Shown piece after piece: positions 32,744 through 45,589 of a DNA stretch of 64,000 nt. The DNA is taken from the NCBI RefSeq assembly GCF_009914755.1, contig NC_060938.1; one strand, 5' to 3'. The notes below the pieces were generated by a model. It ran no database searches and had not been told where the DNA came from. It saw only the letters and a program-made list of their open reading frames with translations. The DNA is from the human T2T-CHM13v2.0 reference genome, Homo sapiens. Each line of letters begins with the position of its first letter. Within the stretch, counting starts at the first letter, position 1. The translations under genes were made by a program, and so were the position numbers.

Positions 32744-35089
32744 GGCATCTCTGGATGTCCAAAAATAACCCCCACCCCCACCCGCACCCTCCCCGGCAGT
32801 CACTGGGGGTATTTCTGGCAGATGGAAGGGGACTCACAGTGGGAGGGAGGGTCATTTCTCTGAATCCAGGGCCAGGGGTGGGGAGGGACAGAGTCAAGGC
32901 CCTGCCTTGGCTTGGAGCTTTAAAAACACTCATTTCTTCTGGAACGCAGCCTCTCCCCAGTAAATCCTTCTCACCAGAGAAAACCATAGTCACCTACCTG
33001 GTGCTCACTTCTTGGGCAGCCCCTGCGGGGACCAGACCCCGGGTGGCCAGGCAGAGGGGTCCCCCCCACCCTGCGGGAGGCAGCCTGCTAATACTGGGTG
33101 CCAAGGGTAAGGCTGCAGGTCCCTGTGCAGGACACCTGCTAGCTGCATCCCGTTTGGAGCCTGCCCTGGATGGGGCTCCATGGGCCCAGGGCGAGGCCAG
33201 GCAGAGACCGGCATGAGCAGCAGCCCGCACAGGAGCACCCTGGGCCCAGGGCAAGAGCCCATCGGCCAGTGGCAGACACTGGGTGAGGATCCCCGATGAT
33301 TCGAGTCACACTGTGCTGGCCATGAGCGTCAACTGTTGGGCGCGCTGTACGGCCAACCCTGAGCCAGCTTTCCTGTACCTCCAGGCCCCTGTGCTACAGA
33401 CGAGGCTCCGAGAGGTGGCGGCCTGCCCCATCTCAGGGCCAGAGGGCAGAGGGTGCGGTGGGCTGTCCCTGGGGCCCTTGCCCCTGCTGTTGAGCCCAGG
33501 AGCCTGAACCTGGGAGGCCTCCCCATCACCTCCCTGCCCCCTCCCAAATGACAGTGGCTCCTTGGCCGCCACCCCAGAGGTGAGGGGATAGCCCAAGGAA
33601 GCCAGGAGCTGCCCACACCCTCAGCCCAGGAACACCCGGTGCAGCTGCATGCGCCTCGCGGGCTTCTTTCCTGGCTGGGAGCCTGGACGCTGGGAGGGTT
33701 GCCCAAGGCCACCCAGGCAGCGGTCAGTCAGGGGTGCCTGGGCTGGACAGGGGGCCCTGGGTGTTTGGAACCAGCTCGCAGAGCTTTGCTGGAGCAGGTG
33801 CACGTGTGTGCGTGCATGTGAGCCCCACGTGCAGATGTGTGTCTCTGCGTGTCTCTCCGTACCTCTTCGTGTTCCTGTTCCCTTGTCTCCGGGTATCTGT
33901 CTGGCCCCCCGTGTGTGAGGCTGTGCGGATGAGTCTCCACATCCGTGTGTGTCTCATGCTCTGTGTGGAGCTGGTGTGTCAGGCCTGACCTGGACTACAA
34001 GGAGGTGTCTCTTTGAACCCAAGGCAGTGGACAAACATCAGACGCGTCGCCGTGGGCTGGGCCCCTGCCGTGTGGCATGCGTTCTGTCCTCACCCCACGT
34101 CCAGCGAGATGGGCTAACCTGCCCAAGGCCACACAGCCAGGAGCTTGGGGCCATCCAGTGTGGACATCCATTGTCCTTCAAGTCGTGGCCACCAAGGCCC
34201 CACGTGAGGCTCCCTGCTCCTCACCTGTCCTGGCTCTGTGTACAGGGGGAACCCAAGTCTGAGGGGTCTCCAGCAGGGAGAGGCTGCACTCCTGAGGCCC
34301 AGCCAGGGCCGGGTGAGTGCGGGGCAGCAGGTGTCAGCGGTGGGGGAGGTACGGGTGGGAAGCGGGGCCTCTTCCCTGACCCCCGCCACACTTGGCTGCC
34401 CCTCCACCTTTGATCACTGACCCTCCTCTGTCCCTCCAGGGACACTTTCCCGCCAGTGCTGGTGCTGGCTGGCCAAACAGTGTGGGAACCCAGGGACTGG
34501 CCTTCCTCCAGGCGGTGGCAGCCGGGGAGGGGCCTGGGCACACCGTGGGTGAGCAGTCACTGCAGAGCCTCCCCTGGGAAGTGGCATGATGCTGTGGTGT
34601 CTCAGGGAACCCAGGAAGGGCACTGGCTCTGGGCTGGGCCCCACAGGCATCAGTATATGTGTGCCCCTCCCTTTGCCCCATGCCCTTCCAATGACCCCAA
34701 CTCCTGCCCGACCAGATTTCACACCACTGTCTGGCCATCTCGAACCATTCCTGGGTGCCCGAGCTCTTTCCCACCGCTAGGCCCATCTTATCCTATCCAT
34801 CCCCATCCCCATTCCTCACTTCCCAGGTCTCTGTGTGGATGACTCTCAGAGGTCCTCGCTGACCACCTGCCCTTCCTTCCTGACCTCAGTTCCTTCACCA
34901 GCGCCCTCCACCCACAAGCCTGTGGGCCCTGAGAGGCTGCCCCCAGAGCTTGTTCAGGCCCCTGCAGCACCTGCCCCATCATGGTGACCGTGGAGTAGCT
35001 ATTGAGACCAGCCAAATCACACATAGGTGAGCCCTCGGGGGCCAGCGGGCACACAAACTGTTGCAGCTTCAGGGTGAGCTGCAGGAGAC

Positions 35090-35372
35090 GCATCATGCAC
35101 ACACACACCCGACACGCAGACACACTCCCGCACGTGGACATCACAAGCTCCCATGGGCACACACACCCACACATTCTCACATGCACACGCACTCCCCCAC
35201 ACATGTGCCCGCTGCCATGCACCCGTGCACACACGTGCATCATCACACACGTTCACTTACACATCCTTGCATGCACACACTCTCCCACACGTGCCCACTG
35301 CACCTGTGTACGTGTCCCAGTGGACACACGGGCATCACACACACATCCACTTACACACATTCTTGCACATGT
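35090..35372. repeat. Degenerate CA-rich low-complexity tract
   Basis: cacacac/catgcac motifs that give His/Thr-rich spurious ORFs. Confidence 0.8.
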
Positions 35373-37575
35373 GCAGTGGCCTCGGGAGCAGGGGACTCTA
35401 GTTGTTTATCCCCAACACACGTTCCCATGATAAAGAAAACAGGAAGGGACTTGGAGCCAGACACAGGAAGGGGAAGTGGCCGGCCACAGGGAACCAGCTC
35501 CAGCCAGTGGACACTGGGCGGTCTGCTTGGGTGAGACACAGGGGCAGCCAGACAGATGGCCGCAGGGTGGGGAGCTGGAATGCCCCTCCGTGGCATCTTG
35601 CCCTGGTTTAATCTTCACCACAGCCCCAGTGGGCATCACCCCTTCTAGGCAAGAAACCGAGGCTGGGGCCAGGCTTGTGCCCGTCACCCAGGAGGGCTGC
35701 TGGAGCTGGGATTTGACCTGGGTTCACCTGACACCAGGCTCCTCCCAGCCCTGGTCCCGCAGCCCACTTGGGTGAAGGTGAGGCCTCTGTCGGGGAGGCG
35801 GGTGGTGTGGCGGGGCTCTTTTCTGCAGTGCCAGTTTGTCCAGCACCAAGATGCATCCCACACCTGTAGAACCCCGGGTTGGACTCTGGCAGTCTCATAG
35901 GGGTTCCTGGGGGGTCAGCACTGGCCCCCTCTGTCCCACAGCGTGCCCCTCCATCAGCCCAGCCCATCCCATCCCATCCCAGGGAGCCCAGAGCAAGGGT
36001 GACAGGAGTTGAGACCCGAGATGTGGCCACAGGCCCTGCCTGGCATTGACCCATGGGCCTGGGTGTGCCAGACAGCAGGCACTGAGAGGGGCCACAGTGT
36101 GTGAAGCCCATACAGCGGGGTGGGACCTAGGAGACAGGTCAGCCCCCAGTCCATGCCTCCCATTCCCTCCAGTGCCTGACACCAGCTGCCGCGCCAAGGC
36201 AAAGCAGAGGTGCCCAGCGAGGGACTCACGCCAGTCCTTCCCTGGTCACACCCCCTCCCCGGGGATACAGATGCCACCTGTGCATACCCGAAGTCTGCCA
36301 AGTGCCGCAGAGCTACCTCAGTTCAGCCCACAGCCGGGCAGGCGGGGCTCCTCCCACTTTGCAGGGGAAGACACTGGGCTTCTGTCTTTGCTGACCTGCA
36401 CCCGATTTTCTCCCTGCCGCGCCCTCACCCCAGCCCAAGGCACAGAGCACTGTGGTTCCACCTCCGCCCCTCCCCCAGAGTTGTCCTGGAATCACACCTA
36501 GGGGATGCGGAGGGACGAGGGGAATTTTCGGGGTGGAGGAGACAGTTCCAGGGGAGGTCTGGCTTTGTCTTTCTCTTTTTTCTCTTAAAATTAAATTTTC
36601 AGTTAGGAGGAAAGAAAACTTCAGTTAGGAGGGACCCAAGATGGCCACCAGTCCTGGTTTGTCTGAAGCTGGTGGGGGGTCAGTTTCCAGGATCCATGGA
36701 GGACATTCAGGGCTAAAACAGGGGAAGTCCCAGGGAAACGGGACAAGTTGGTCACCTGGGAGGGACCCCACAGCCATTTAACCCTACATGATGCTTGAGC
36801 TCCCTCCGCTGTGTCCCCGCCCAGCAGCTGCGCAGCCCTGCTTGAATACCATCAGTGATGGTGAGTTCATTATCTGACAGGGCAGCAAGAGCCAACCAAG
36901 AGGGGGACACAGCCAGGACTAGGCACTGACCACAGTGAGGTCGGAGTTGGCAGAGTGGAGTGTGGGGCAAGGGAAAATGGAGCAGGGCCCCTGAGCTGCC
37001 TTTAGGGGCAGCCACAGCTTCCCACGGAAAGAGGAGGACAGAGAATTCCTAGGCCAAGGGAACAGCACAGGCAAATGCCTATACCATAGAGATTGAGTTC
37101 TTTCTCTCCGATGGCCAGTGCAGGGGTGAAGCGTGGAGGCTGTGACTTCACAGCCTTCTTCCCCACCCCACCCACAGATAGGGCTTCCTTTGGAAACATG
37201 GAGGCCTCGTCCTCCTGCCTTCACTCCCCAGGTCCCTGAGCCAGAAAAGGCCTCAGTGCAGATGGAAGAGCTGCCAGGATGCCCCAGCACGCTGCTCCAC
37301 CCGCCTCTCATTTTCCTGAGGCTCATTAGTCCTCAGCACCAGCATCTGCCCCCTCCTCCAGGAAGCCTCCTCTGACTTCCCCAGCCCTGAGGCCTCCCCT
37401 GCCATAAGCATCATCCTTCTTCTCAGGCTTGCTGCCACCTCCAGCCCTGCCAGCGACCCCTGCCACCTCTAGCCCTGCCAGAGACCCCTGTAACTCTTCA
37501 GCCGGGCTTTCTCACCTCCACACCTGCTGGCTTCTCTTCCTAGAACACCCTCTATTCCCTTCAAAAAACTTTCTG

Positions 37576-37880
37576 GGCTGGGTGCGGTGGCTCATGCCTG
37601 TAATCCCAGCACTTTGGGAGGCCGAGGCACTTGGGGATCACTTGAGGTCAGGAGTTCAAGATCAGCTTGGCCAAACGTGGTGAAACCTTGTCTCTACTAA
37701 AAGTACAAAAATTAGCCGGGCATGGTGGCAGGTGCCTGTAATCCTAGCAACTCAGGAGGCTGAGGCAGGAGAATTGCTTGAACCTGGGAAGCGGAGGTTG
37801 CAGTGAGCCGAGATGGCGCCACTTGTACTCCAGCTGGGCAACAGCAAGACTCCATCTAAAAAAAAAAAAAAAAAAAAAAA
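37576..37880 (+). mobile_element. AluS
   Basis: Alu dimer; TSD aaaaactttctg. Confidence 0.93.
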
Positions 37881-37888
37881 ACTTTCTG

Positions 37889-38170
37889 GGCTGAGCACAG
37901 TGGCTCATGCCTGTAATCCCAGCACTTTGGGAGGCCGAAGCACAAGGATTGCTTGAGCTCGGAGTTCAAGACCACCCAGAGCAACACGGTGAGACCCCCC
38001 CCCGCCTACAAAAAATAGCTAAGTGTGGCAGCACAGACCTGTGTTCTCAGCTAGGGAGACTGAGGCGGGAGAATCACCTGAGCCCAGGAGGTTGAGGCTG
38101 CCGTGAGCTGTGATCATACCACTGCACCCCAGAGTGACCCTGTGGCAAAAAAAAAAAAAAAAAAGAAAGA
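37889..38170 (+). mobile_element. AluJ-like
   Basis: Diverged dimer (aggattgcttgagctc, gttgaggctgccgtgagctgtgatc). Confidence 0.88.
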
Positions 38171-39039
38171 AAGAACTAACTTTATTTTCACTTAAAGATA
38201 ACTCAAATGCCTGCTCTTCCAGGAAGCCCTCCTGGATCTCTCGGATTGAGTTTCTCTCCCTTCTCTTTAAGCCATTTCATTCCCTCTGGTCTCTGCATAC
38301 AGAACTAGGTAGACCTAGGGCCTGGGGGGCCCAGCAAAGCCCAACCCTGGGGTGATGCCTCTGGGATCTCCAGCCCTTGGCTGGTCCTGCCCTGCACTTT
38401 GTGGGGACCAGGGGAGGGGCTGGATTGGCTCTGAGCCAGGTACACAAGAGCATACTAAGAGCTTGCTGGAGTGCATTCTTTCAACCAGTTTTTCCTGAGC
38501 ACCCACACTCTGCCAGGACCACATGACTGCCCCTGGGGATCCTGTCTCCATCCCCTGTCGACCCCCAACACGTGGCACACTCAGCACACAGTAGATGCCC
38601 GAAGTGCTGGCTGCTTTTGGCCAAACAATCAAAGGCAAGGGACGGCCTTCCTGCAGCCTTGGAGACAGACAGCCTGGCTCCAGATCCTGCTCACGCCCCG
38701 TACTGACCCGGTGGCTTGGGTGGGTCCCTTAACCTCTCTGTGACATGGACATGATGGTCGCAGCAGCTCTGGAGAGCAGTGAGATGACAGGGGTGGCCAC
38801 ACTTCACATAACTGCTGGTCCCGGGCATGTACTCAGTGGTGGCATCACTTGTTATTCTCCTTCCCTAAATGTCCGTAAACGTCCCTTGCTGGCTGGGTGG
38901 AACCGTTCCCAAGGAAAGAGTGTACAGGCATTCCCAAGTCCCCAGGAGCTGGAGTCTTGGGGACTGACCAAGCACCTAGGGGTGCAGTGGCTTCTCAAGC
39001 AACATCCTGGGGCTGCCCCAGAGAGGCCCTGGGCGGGGG

Positions 39040-39261
39040 AGGGCAGTGCCCAGATTTATCCACCAATCGCACAGGCTGCTGGCACTGAGCACGTTCTTAT
39101 CTGCCCAGCCCAGCATGGGGGGGTGGCCAGGCCGGCCGGGGCGGGACGCTGCCTGGGGCTGGACGCGGAGGAGCCCCAAGCCCTGCTGGGTGGGTGACAG
39201 CCGCTGAGGCTCTGAGTGACCCTGCAGGCTGGTGGCCAGCCGGCCGCCCATCTTCCACACC
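39040..39261 (+). promoter_or_regulatory. Promoter / 5'UTR of the putative EML1 distal first exon
   Basis: CCAAT 39063-39067, GATA (CTTATCT) 39096-39102, GC box GGGGCGGGAC 39138-39147, CpG-rich 39130-39440, no TATA box. Confidence 0.6.
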
Positions 39262-39289
39262 ATGTCGGACGGCGAGGGCCCCTCCGCCG
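39262..39289 (+). CDS. EML1: Probable alternative distal first coding exon of EML1 (MSDGEGPSA + phase-1 G)
   Basis: cacaccATG Kozak context, 9 codons + 1 nt, strong donor CCG|gtgagt, local CpG enrichment. From recall, EML1 follows CYP46A1 on the same strand and its exon 2 begins in phase 1 (D-DSASAASS). Exon 2 is not in the window, so the junction is inferred. Confidence 0.7.
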
Positions 39290-40480
39290 GTGAGTGGCAG
39301 CGCTATATTTACCCGCTGTGGCTCCGGTTGCAGAGCCAAGGCCGCCAGTCGCCGAGGGCACTGGGGCCCCCGCAGGCTGCAGGCAGCTGTGAGCTGGACC
39401 CCCTTCCTCCTTGCCCGACGCCTGGGGGGCCTGTGCCGCTGGAAGGGGGGAGCTTGACTTTCAAAGCTGGGTTCCGCCACACCCCCTGACTGCCCAGTGT
39501 AGCCAGTGCAGGAAGCTGTGCCTGATTCAAGCTCTCCTGGGGCTGGCAGCCGGGGCCAGAGCTGACCCAGGACAGAGGGGCAGGGGCTGCGACGGGACCC
39601 ATGGGTGGGCTCAGGATGCCGTGGGCCACTGGAACCGCATGCAGACGAGTGTGTGTGAACACTTAACGGCGGGGGAGAGCACACAGCTTCCGTCTGATTC
39701 CCCAAGTCTGAGACCTCTGGGCGTTCTGAGTCCCTGGTCCGGCAGCACCAGGCAGGCCCTCTGTGTGCCCTCGTATCCTCTAGGTTGAAAATGGCCAGCG
39801 ACACAGGCAGGCAGAAGGGCGATCAGATTCTGGGGTCTGCCCACTGCCCTTTGCTCTGCCTGAGGCCAGAGGCTGTGGTGGGGACTGGCCACCTATGTGC
39901 CTGGCTGGCTGCCCCCGGCTCCTGCCAGTTACAGAGCCAGCCTTGGCGGAATGGGGGCTGGGGACGGCCAAATCCAGGGGGACTCTGGAGTCAGGCTGTC
40001 CAGGTTCAAATTCCAGTTATTTCACCTCCAGGCTGGGTGGTCTTGGGCAGGTAGCTTAACTTCTCTGAGCCTCCGTGTCCCCAGGTAAAAATGGAGACTG
40101 TGGTCCTAACCCCCCAATGGCTGTGAAAATTAAATTTATGATATTGTGTGAAAGCGCCTGTGGGTGCCTGGGGTGCACTGAGTGCTCAGGGCCCTGCGTG
40201 CTGGCAGCAGGTGGGCACCCTGGGCAGCAGATGGGCATCCCAGGCAGCCCAGGCAGCCAGGTCTGGCCTCCTCCAGCAGGGCCTCCTTCGTAAGCCACCG
40301 ATTGTCGCTGGCACGTGGATTCCTTCTCCATAAAACCCCACCTCGGAGGCTCTCGGAACTCATCAGGGTCTCCTGGGGGGTGTGGGGCAGATCGTGGGTG
40401 ACAGCACCCTGCAGATACCCTGTTACTAATGAACAGTGCCAGCGCCTTGGCCTGGCTGGGTAGGATTTGGAACAGAGCAA

Positions 40481-40491
40481 GTGAGAGTGTG

Positions 40492-40569
<78 letters not shown>

Positions 40570-40591
40570 TGTGTGTGTGTGTGTGTGTGTG
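40481..40591. repeat. Compound microsatellite (TG)~21(AG)~16(TG)~11
   Basis: Direct read. Confidence 0.95.
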
Positions 40592-43500
40592 TTGGGGAGG
40601 GGTACATTGACAGAAGGGGCCTGACCTCACCCTCTTCCACTGGGTGCCAGTTGTCCTGGCTGCCAGAAATTGCCCGCCGGGGCTGCGGGAGCCCCGGGAG
40701 CCAGCAGACAGCTCTTTCTGGCTGGCCCTGCCCCACACCTGACGCTAACCCGGAATAGCTCTCCCTCTCCACCAGGGACATGGCCCTGGTTTTAGCAGTT
40801 TGTAAAGCCACCCGCATGGAGATGGGTATTTCAGGAAGGCCAGGACAATATTTAGCCCGTCGGAGCAAAGGAATGGGCACTGAGCATGCACGTGTGTGCG
40901 CAGCCTGGAGGCTGGGAGGTGACGTGGGCCTCACCATCCCTTCCCCATCTAGGAGAGGGTCAGCCCAGTTGGGTTGGGAGGTGGGGCCTGGATTCCAGGC
41001 TGGCTCTGTCTGCCCTGGTGGGCAGGTGGCCCTGGGCAGGCTCCAGGCTTGGTTTTCCCATCTATAGAATGCCACGTGACAGTCTTTTGTCTCTAATATG
41101 TGGGTTTGAAGTTGAACTTGGCTGGCAGGAGTAAAGGCGGCATCTTGGTGCAGGAAGGTATATTTACTTATGGGTAGAAGGGGGTCTTCTGGAGCACACA
41201 GTGTGAAGTTCAGGCCTTTCTAGGATTCCTGCCCGGCAGCAACCAGTGGTTGCTCCAAGGACACTGCTCTGAAATATTTTCACCTGTTTTCAGTAACCGA
41301 TCCCCAAGCCGTGTCGGCAGTGGGAACATTCTCAGCTCTCCACTCGTGACTGGTGTGACCTAGGGCAGACTATTCAAGGGCACTGTGCCTCAGTTTCCCC
41401 ATCCATTAGGTGGGGACAATACTGGGACATTAACTCCTCAACGTGCACTAAGGATTAAATGGCTAACAGCATGTAACACACCTAAAATAACGCCAGGCTT
41501 ATTGTTAGTGGTTATAGCTCTTATTATTTCACCAATACATAAGCAACCTAGAGAGGGAGATGAGGGGAGCAGAGGACCCACTGTGTCCTGGACACACTGT
41601 TTTGTTTATTACCTGGAGGTGGGGGCTATCAGCTCCACCGTGTAACTAAGAACACTGAAGCTCAGAGAGGCACATGTGAGGTCACCCAGCTGGTCAATGG
41701 CAGAGCAGGGATTCGAACCCAGTTCCTCAGACCCTGTTAGCACAGAAGCCAGGTTAGGCCCCTCTTCCCGGGAGTCCCACCTGCACACCCAAGGAGGGCG
41801 AGGCTGGCTATTTTGTGGGGCTTTTTGGCTTGCACCTGAAGAAGCAGCTCTCATTTCAGGGTTGGCTAGCTCAACATTGCCTCCAATAGCTTGCAACCTG
41901 TAGAGAAAAACATAGTGCCTTGTTAGGGTGTCAGGAAAATTCTGCAGAGCAGGAGCACAGCAGGAGGTGGCCGGCCCCTGGATTTATGGCCCTGTGCCTG
42001 GGTGGGTGAGCCGGAGCTAAGGTTACCCGGGAGTCAGCACCGTATTTATAGCAGGAACTCTCCTGCATCAAGTACCGGCCCACACACCCCGGCCAGCAAA
42101 GGCGCTTCCTTTACAGTTGCCTGCATTCTAGGCTTGGCTCTGTCTCTTCGGGGCAGAGTCACGTCACCTTTCTAAGCCTCAGTTTCTTCATCTTTAAAAT
42201 GGGGGGTTCGTCAATTCTCTCACTGGGTCTGGAAATAGGATCTGTAAGTGCTTGGCACCTGCCTGGCATAGATGGGGCCTCAGAAGATGCTGGCTCTACA
42301 CATCCTGGGTCTGTTGATTGTCTTTTCCTGCCTTTGACCTTGTGATTTACCCATCTCCGTCCTGGCCAGAATCTGCAGGAAGAGAATCCAGGTCTCTGTG
42401 CTGTAAGCTGCACCCATGCTTGGGAAAGTTTCCAGCAAAGCAACTTTACAATCCTAAGCACCGAAGAGCAGGCTGTTCTGTTTTCAGCAGAGCAATGAAT
42501 GCAGGTCCATCAGAGACCAGGGTTCAAATCCCAGCTCTACCACTCCCTAGCTCTGTGGCCTCGGGTGAGTCACTTAACTTCTGTGAGCCTCTGTGACAGA
42601 TGGGCATTTGCCCTGCTGCAGCAGGTATGGTAAGGACAGGCCTCTAACCTGCAGAAGTGTTCAGCCAGCAGAGTGACCCTGTCTCTCCTCCTGTGTAACC
42701 TTCCGCCAGTCCCACTGCCCTGCTCTGGGCCACAGTCACCCTGTTCGTGTGTTGAGACATGGCTGCCCTTGCTGGTGCGTTTTGTATGTGCGTGTGCTGG
42801 GAAGTTGTTCCCCCGTCTTTATCACCTCCCCCAATGCCCTGCAGCTTCTGATTCTCACCAAGACATTCAGCTGGGTGAGCTGACAGATCCCTGGTGTCCC
42901 CAAAAGGCCCCCAAGTACTTGGCTCTCCAAGTACCTCTCTCTGCCTGAAGTCAAGGATGGTTTTCCAAGCATAGGGCCTGCAAACATTAGTGGGGCCACC
43001 CAACTGCTCACTCAATTCTCCCTGGCATCCCAGAACCCAGACAGCACCCCAGCTTTTTGCGCTCACCCCCCCCAGACCTCACAGTGGGCCCCTCACCAGG
43101 GACCAGGGCAGCGTCCACCTTCTCTTCCTGTCCCAGCCACCCCCAGCTCTCACCTCAGTTTCTCCTAGAAGGCCTCGCCCCCCAATTTATGCCATCCCAG
43201 TCCCCAAGGAGGTCGCACTGCTCTCTGAGGTGGGGGGGCCTGGCGTGGTGTCCCTTCCCTGGATTTCAGGGCAGACAAGTGCTGGAAAGGGTATGAGATG
43301 CCTGGAGTGGCCCTGGGATATGGGAACACCTCTGAGATGACCTGGTGAATCGTGCCAACGTGGCCCCCTGCCCTGCTCGTAGGAGTCCCGAGCTGTTGGA
43401 TGCTACAGGCCTGTCTAGGGGCAGTGGGAGCCTTTGGTGCTGAGTGACCCAGGGCAGCCCTCCTTCGTGTGTGACCTCAGAGAGGTTAAGTATTAGCCAT

Positions 43501-45359
43501 CCACAGGCCAGCACACGGCTCTGGACACATGTCCCGAGTTCTGACATCAAGTACCCCCCACCTCAGCCCCTGTGAAGGGCTGGGCCTGCCTGGGTCTCTC
43601 TGAGGGTCCAAGCCAGACTCCATGCCCTGTGCCTTCTGGGTGCCTGCACATAGGGTGGTGGCAGGGCATGAGTCCCTGAGGAGCAAGAGGTGGTTTTATG
43701 TGACGTCAGTGGTTGCCAAGGCTGGAGGCAGCAAGTGGCCTGGGTTTTCACTGGGTTTATGGTTACTGGCCAGTTCATCCCTTGGGGATAGGGAGCCAGT
43801 GAAGGCTCTGGAGCTGGGGATGGAGAAGGTACATGGCTTGCTTCAGTGCAGTGGGTGGAGGAATTGGAAGGAGGATCTGGAGGCCCAGAGGCCAAGGAGG
43901 AGGCTGGTGAGATGGTCCTGGGGAGAAAGGGTGAGGTCCACACAGAAGAGGAGGGACCCGGAGGAGGGCACAGGGAGATCTGGCAACTGCTGGGGCTGGG
44001 GTGCTGGGACGGTGCAGTGGAGGCTGAGCCTGATACTGCCGCCCCTATTAGGAGGGCCCAAAGGACATACTGTCACTTTCAGGGCTCCGTGGGGTGACCT
44101 GGCAGTGTTTCAGGGCTCAACTGTAAAACTTGTGGAGTGCGTGGAGGGCTGGGTAAGATCCGAGCCCCATGTGCCCTGGCCCTGGACACAGGCAGGTCCC
44201 TCTCCTCTCCGAGCCTCGGCGGTCTCATCTGTAAAGTAGAGGTGACACCATAGGCTCAGGGGTGTCATGGGTATTGGACGGGATGACTCCTTTTAACTCC
44301 TTATGAACTGTGGGGCACAAGGGAAGTGTGGGTGATCTCCAGGCATGAACCTTTGAACAGCACCGCAAGTGTGCCGGGCACCTGTGATATTGACACCAAG
44401 AAGGACTCAACCTCAGCAGCATCCAGCGACCTCTCACGAGAGGCTGGGCACCGGGTGGGGACATGCAGGAGGAATCCGCAGTTGGGAAGTCCCCCTTCAG
44501 TGCCCCTCACGGCGCCCCTACGTTGAGGTTCACACCGCACTCCCAACCCATGGGATCTCCATGTTATGGAGCAGGGGAAACTGAGGCCCAAGAGAAAGAG
44601 AGACTGGCTCAGTCACCCAGCGAGGGCATGGTGAGCTGGGGCTCAGGCTGGATTCCCAGGCACAGGTCGAGCCCCTCCAGCACTTTTGCTGAGGTGTCTC
44701 CTACTTGTCCCATCGTCCAGGCTCAGTGGAGGCCTGCCTCCTCCAGGGACCCTTCCCTGAGTTCTGCAGCCCCTGGGGACCCTGCACCCTTGGAGCACCC
44801 ATGCCCTGCTACCCTTCTTGGATAGTAGCTTCGAGTGGCACCACCCCAGACCACTGCCCTTCTCACAGAAGTTACGAGCTGTGGGATGTTGTTAGGCATG
44901 TCCAGGTGCGGCTGGATCCTTCAGTACTGTGCGATCCAGGACAGGCCCCCTTCCGTGTGCGGCCTGAGAGATGCTGATTTGTTAGCACCCACCCGCTTAT
45001 CTGTTATCCATCCACAGGCCAGCACGTGGCTCTGCACATGCATCCCAAGTCCCGACATCAGGCAGGGCCCCGGTACCTTCTCAGCCCTGCACTCACTCGG
45101 CACACGAACCTCCAGGCAGCAAATGAATACATTCACATGACTGGGGGCCCCACGCCAGTGTCGGAAGTACCCTCGCAGGCTTTTTCATCTATGACAAGAG
45201 ATGCAGGTTAGAAAGGCAACTCGGAAAGGAAAGCTATCCACTTCTGTTCTTTTAAAGTATTGGGTCAATTCTAAGGGAGCATTCTTGAGATAGCAAGATA
45301 GATTTTATTTTTTATTTATCATGTTTTTAAAACAAAAGCTTTAAAATAAAAAAACAGCT

Positions 45360-45407
45360 AATGGTTGCAAATGCTAACAGCTTTTGCATTTAGCATTTGC
45401 AACCATT
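45360..45407. repeat. Perfect 18-bp inverted repeat with a 12-nt spacer
   Basis: AATGGTTGCAAATGCTAA (45360-45377) / TTAGCATTTGCAACCATT (45390-45407). Confidence 0.95.
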
Positions 45408-45589
45408 TCACTATTTTTTTTCTTGAAATTCACAGTCAAAATAAAATATAGAAACCAGTTGCTGAGGTGGGTAAAAGGTCGCCCATAGACACCCATTTCA
45501 AATTTCCAATTTTTGCACTTTGATTTCAAAATTTTGCCTTCATCAAAACAGCCTCTTTGGTTATTTTGTTTCTTACTCTTTTTTTACAT

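Noticed and set aside
35002-35534. His/Thr/Cys-rich ORFs
   Set aside because: Translation of CA-rich low-complexity DNA
40056-41075. Longest ORF (339 aa, minus strand)
   Set aside because: Runs through the TG/AG microsatellite (HTHT/LSLS); no domain and no splice or promoter support
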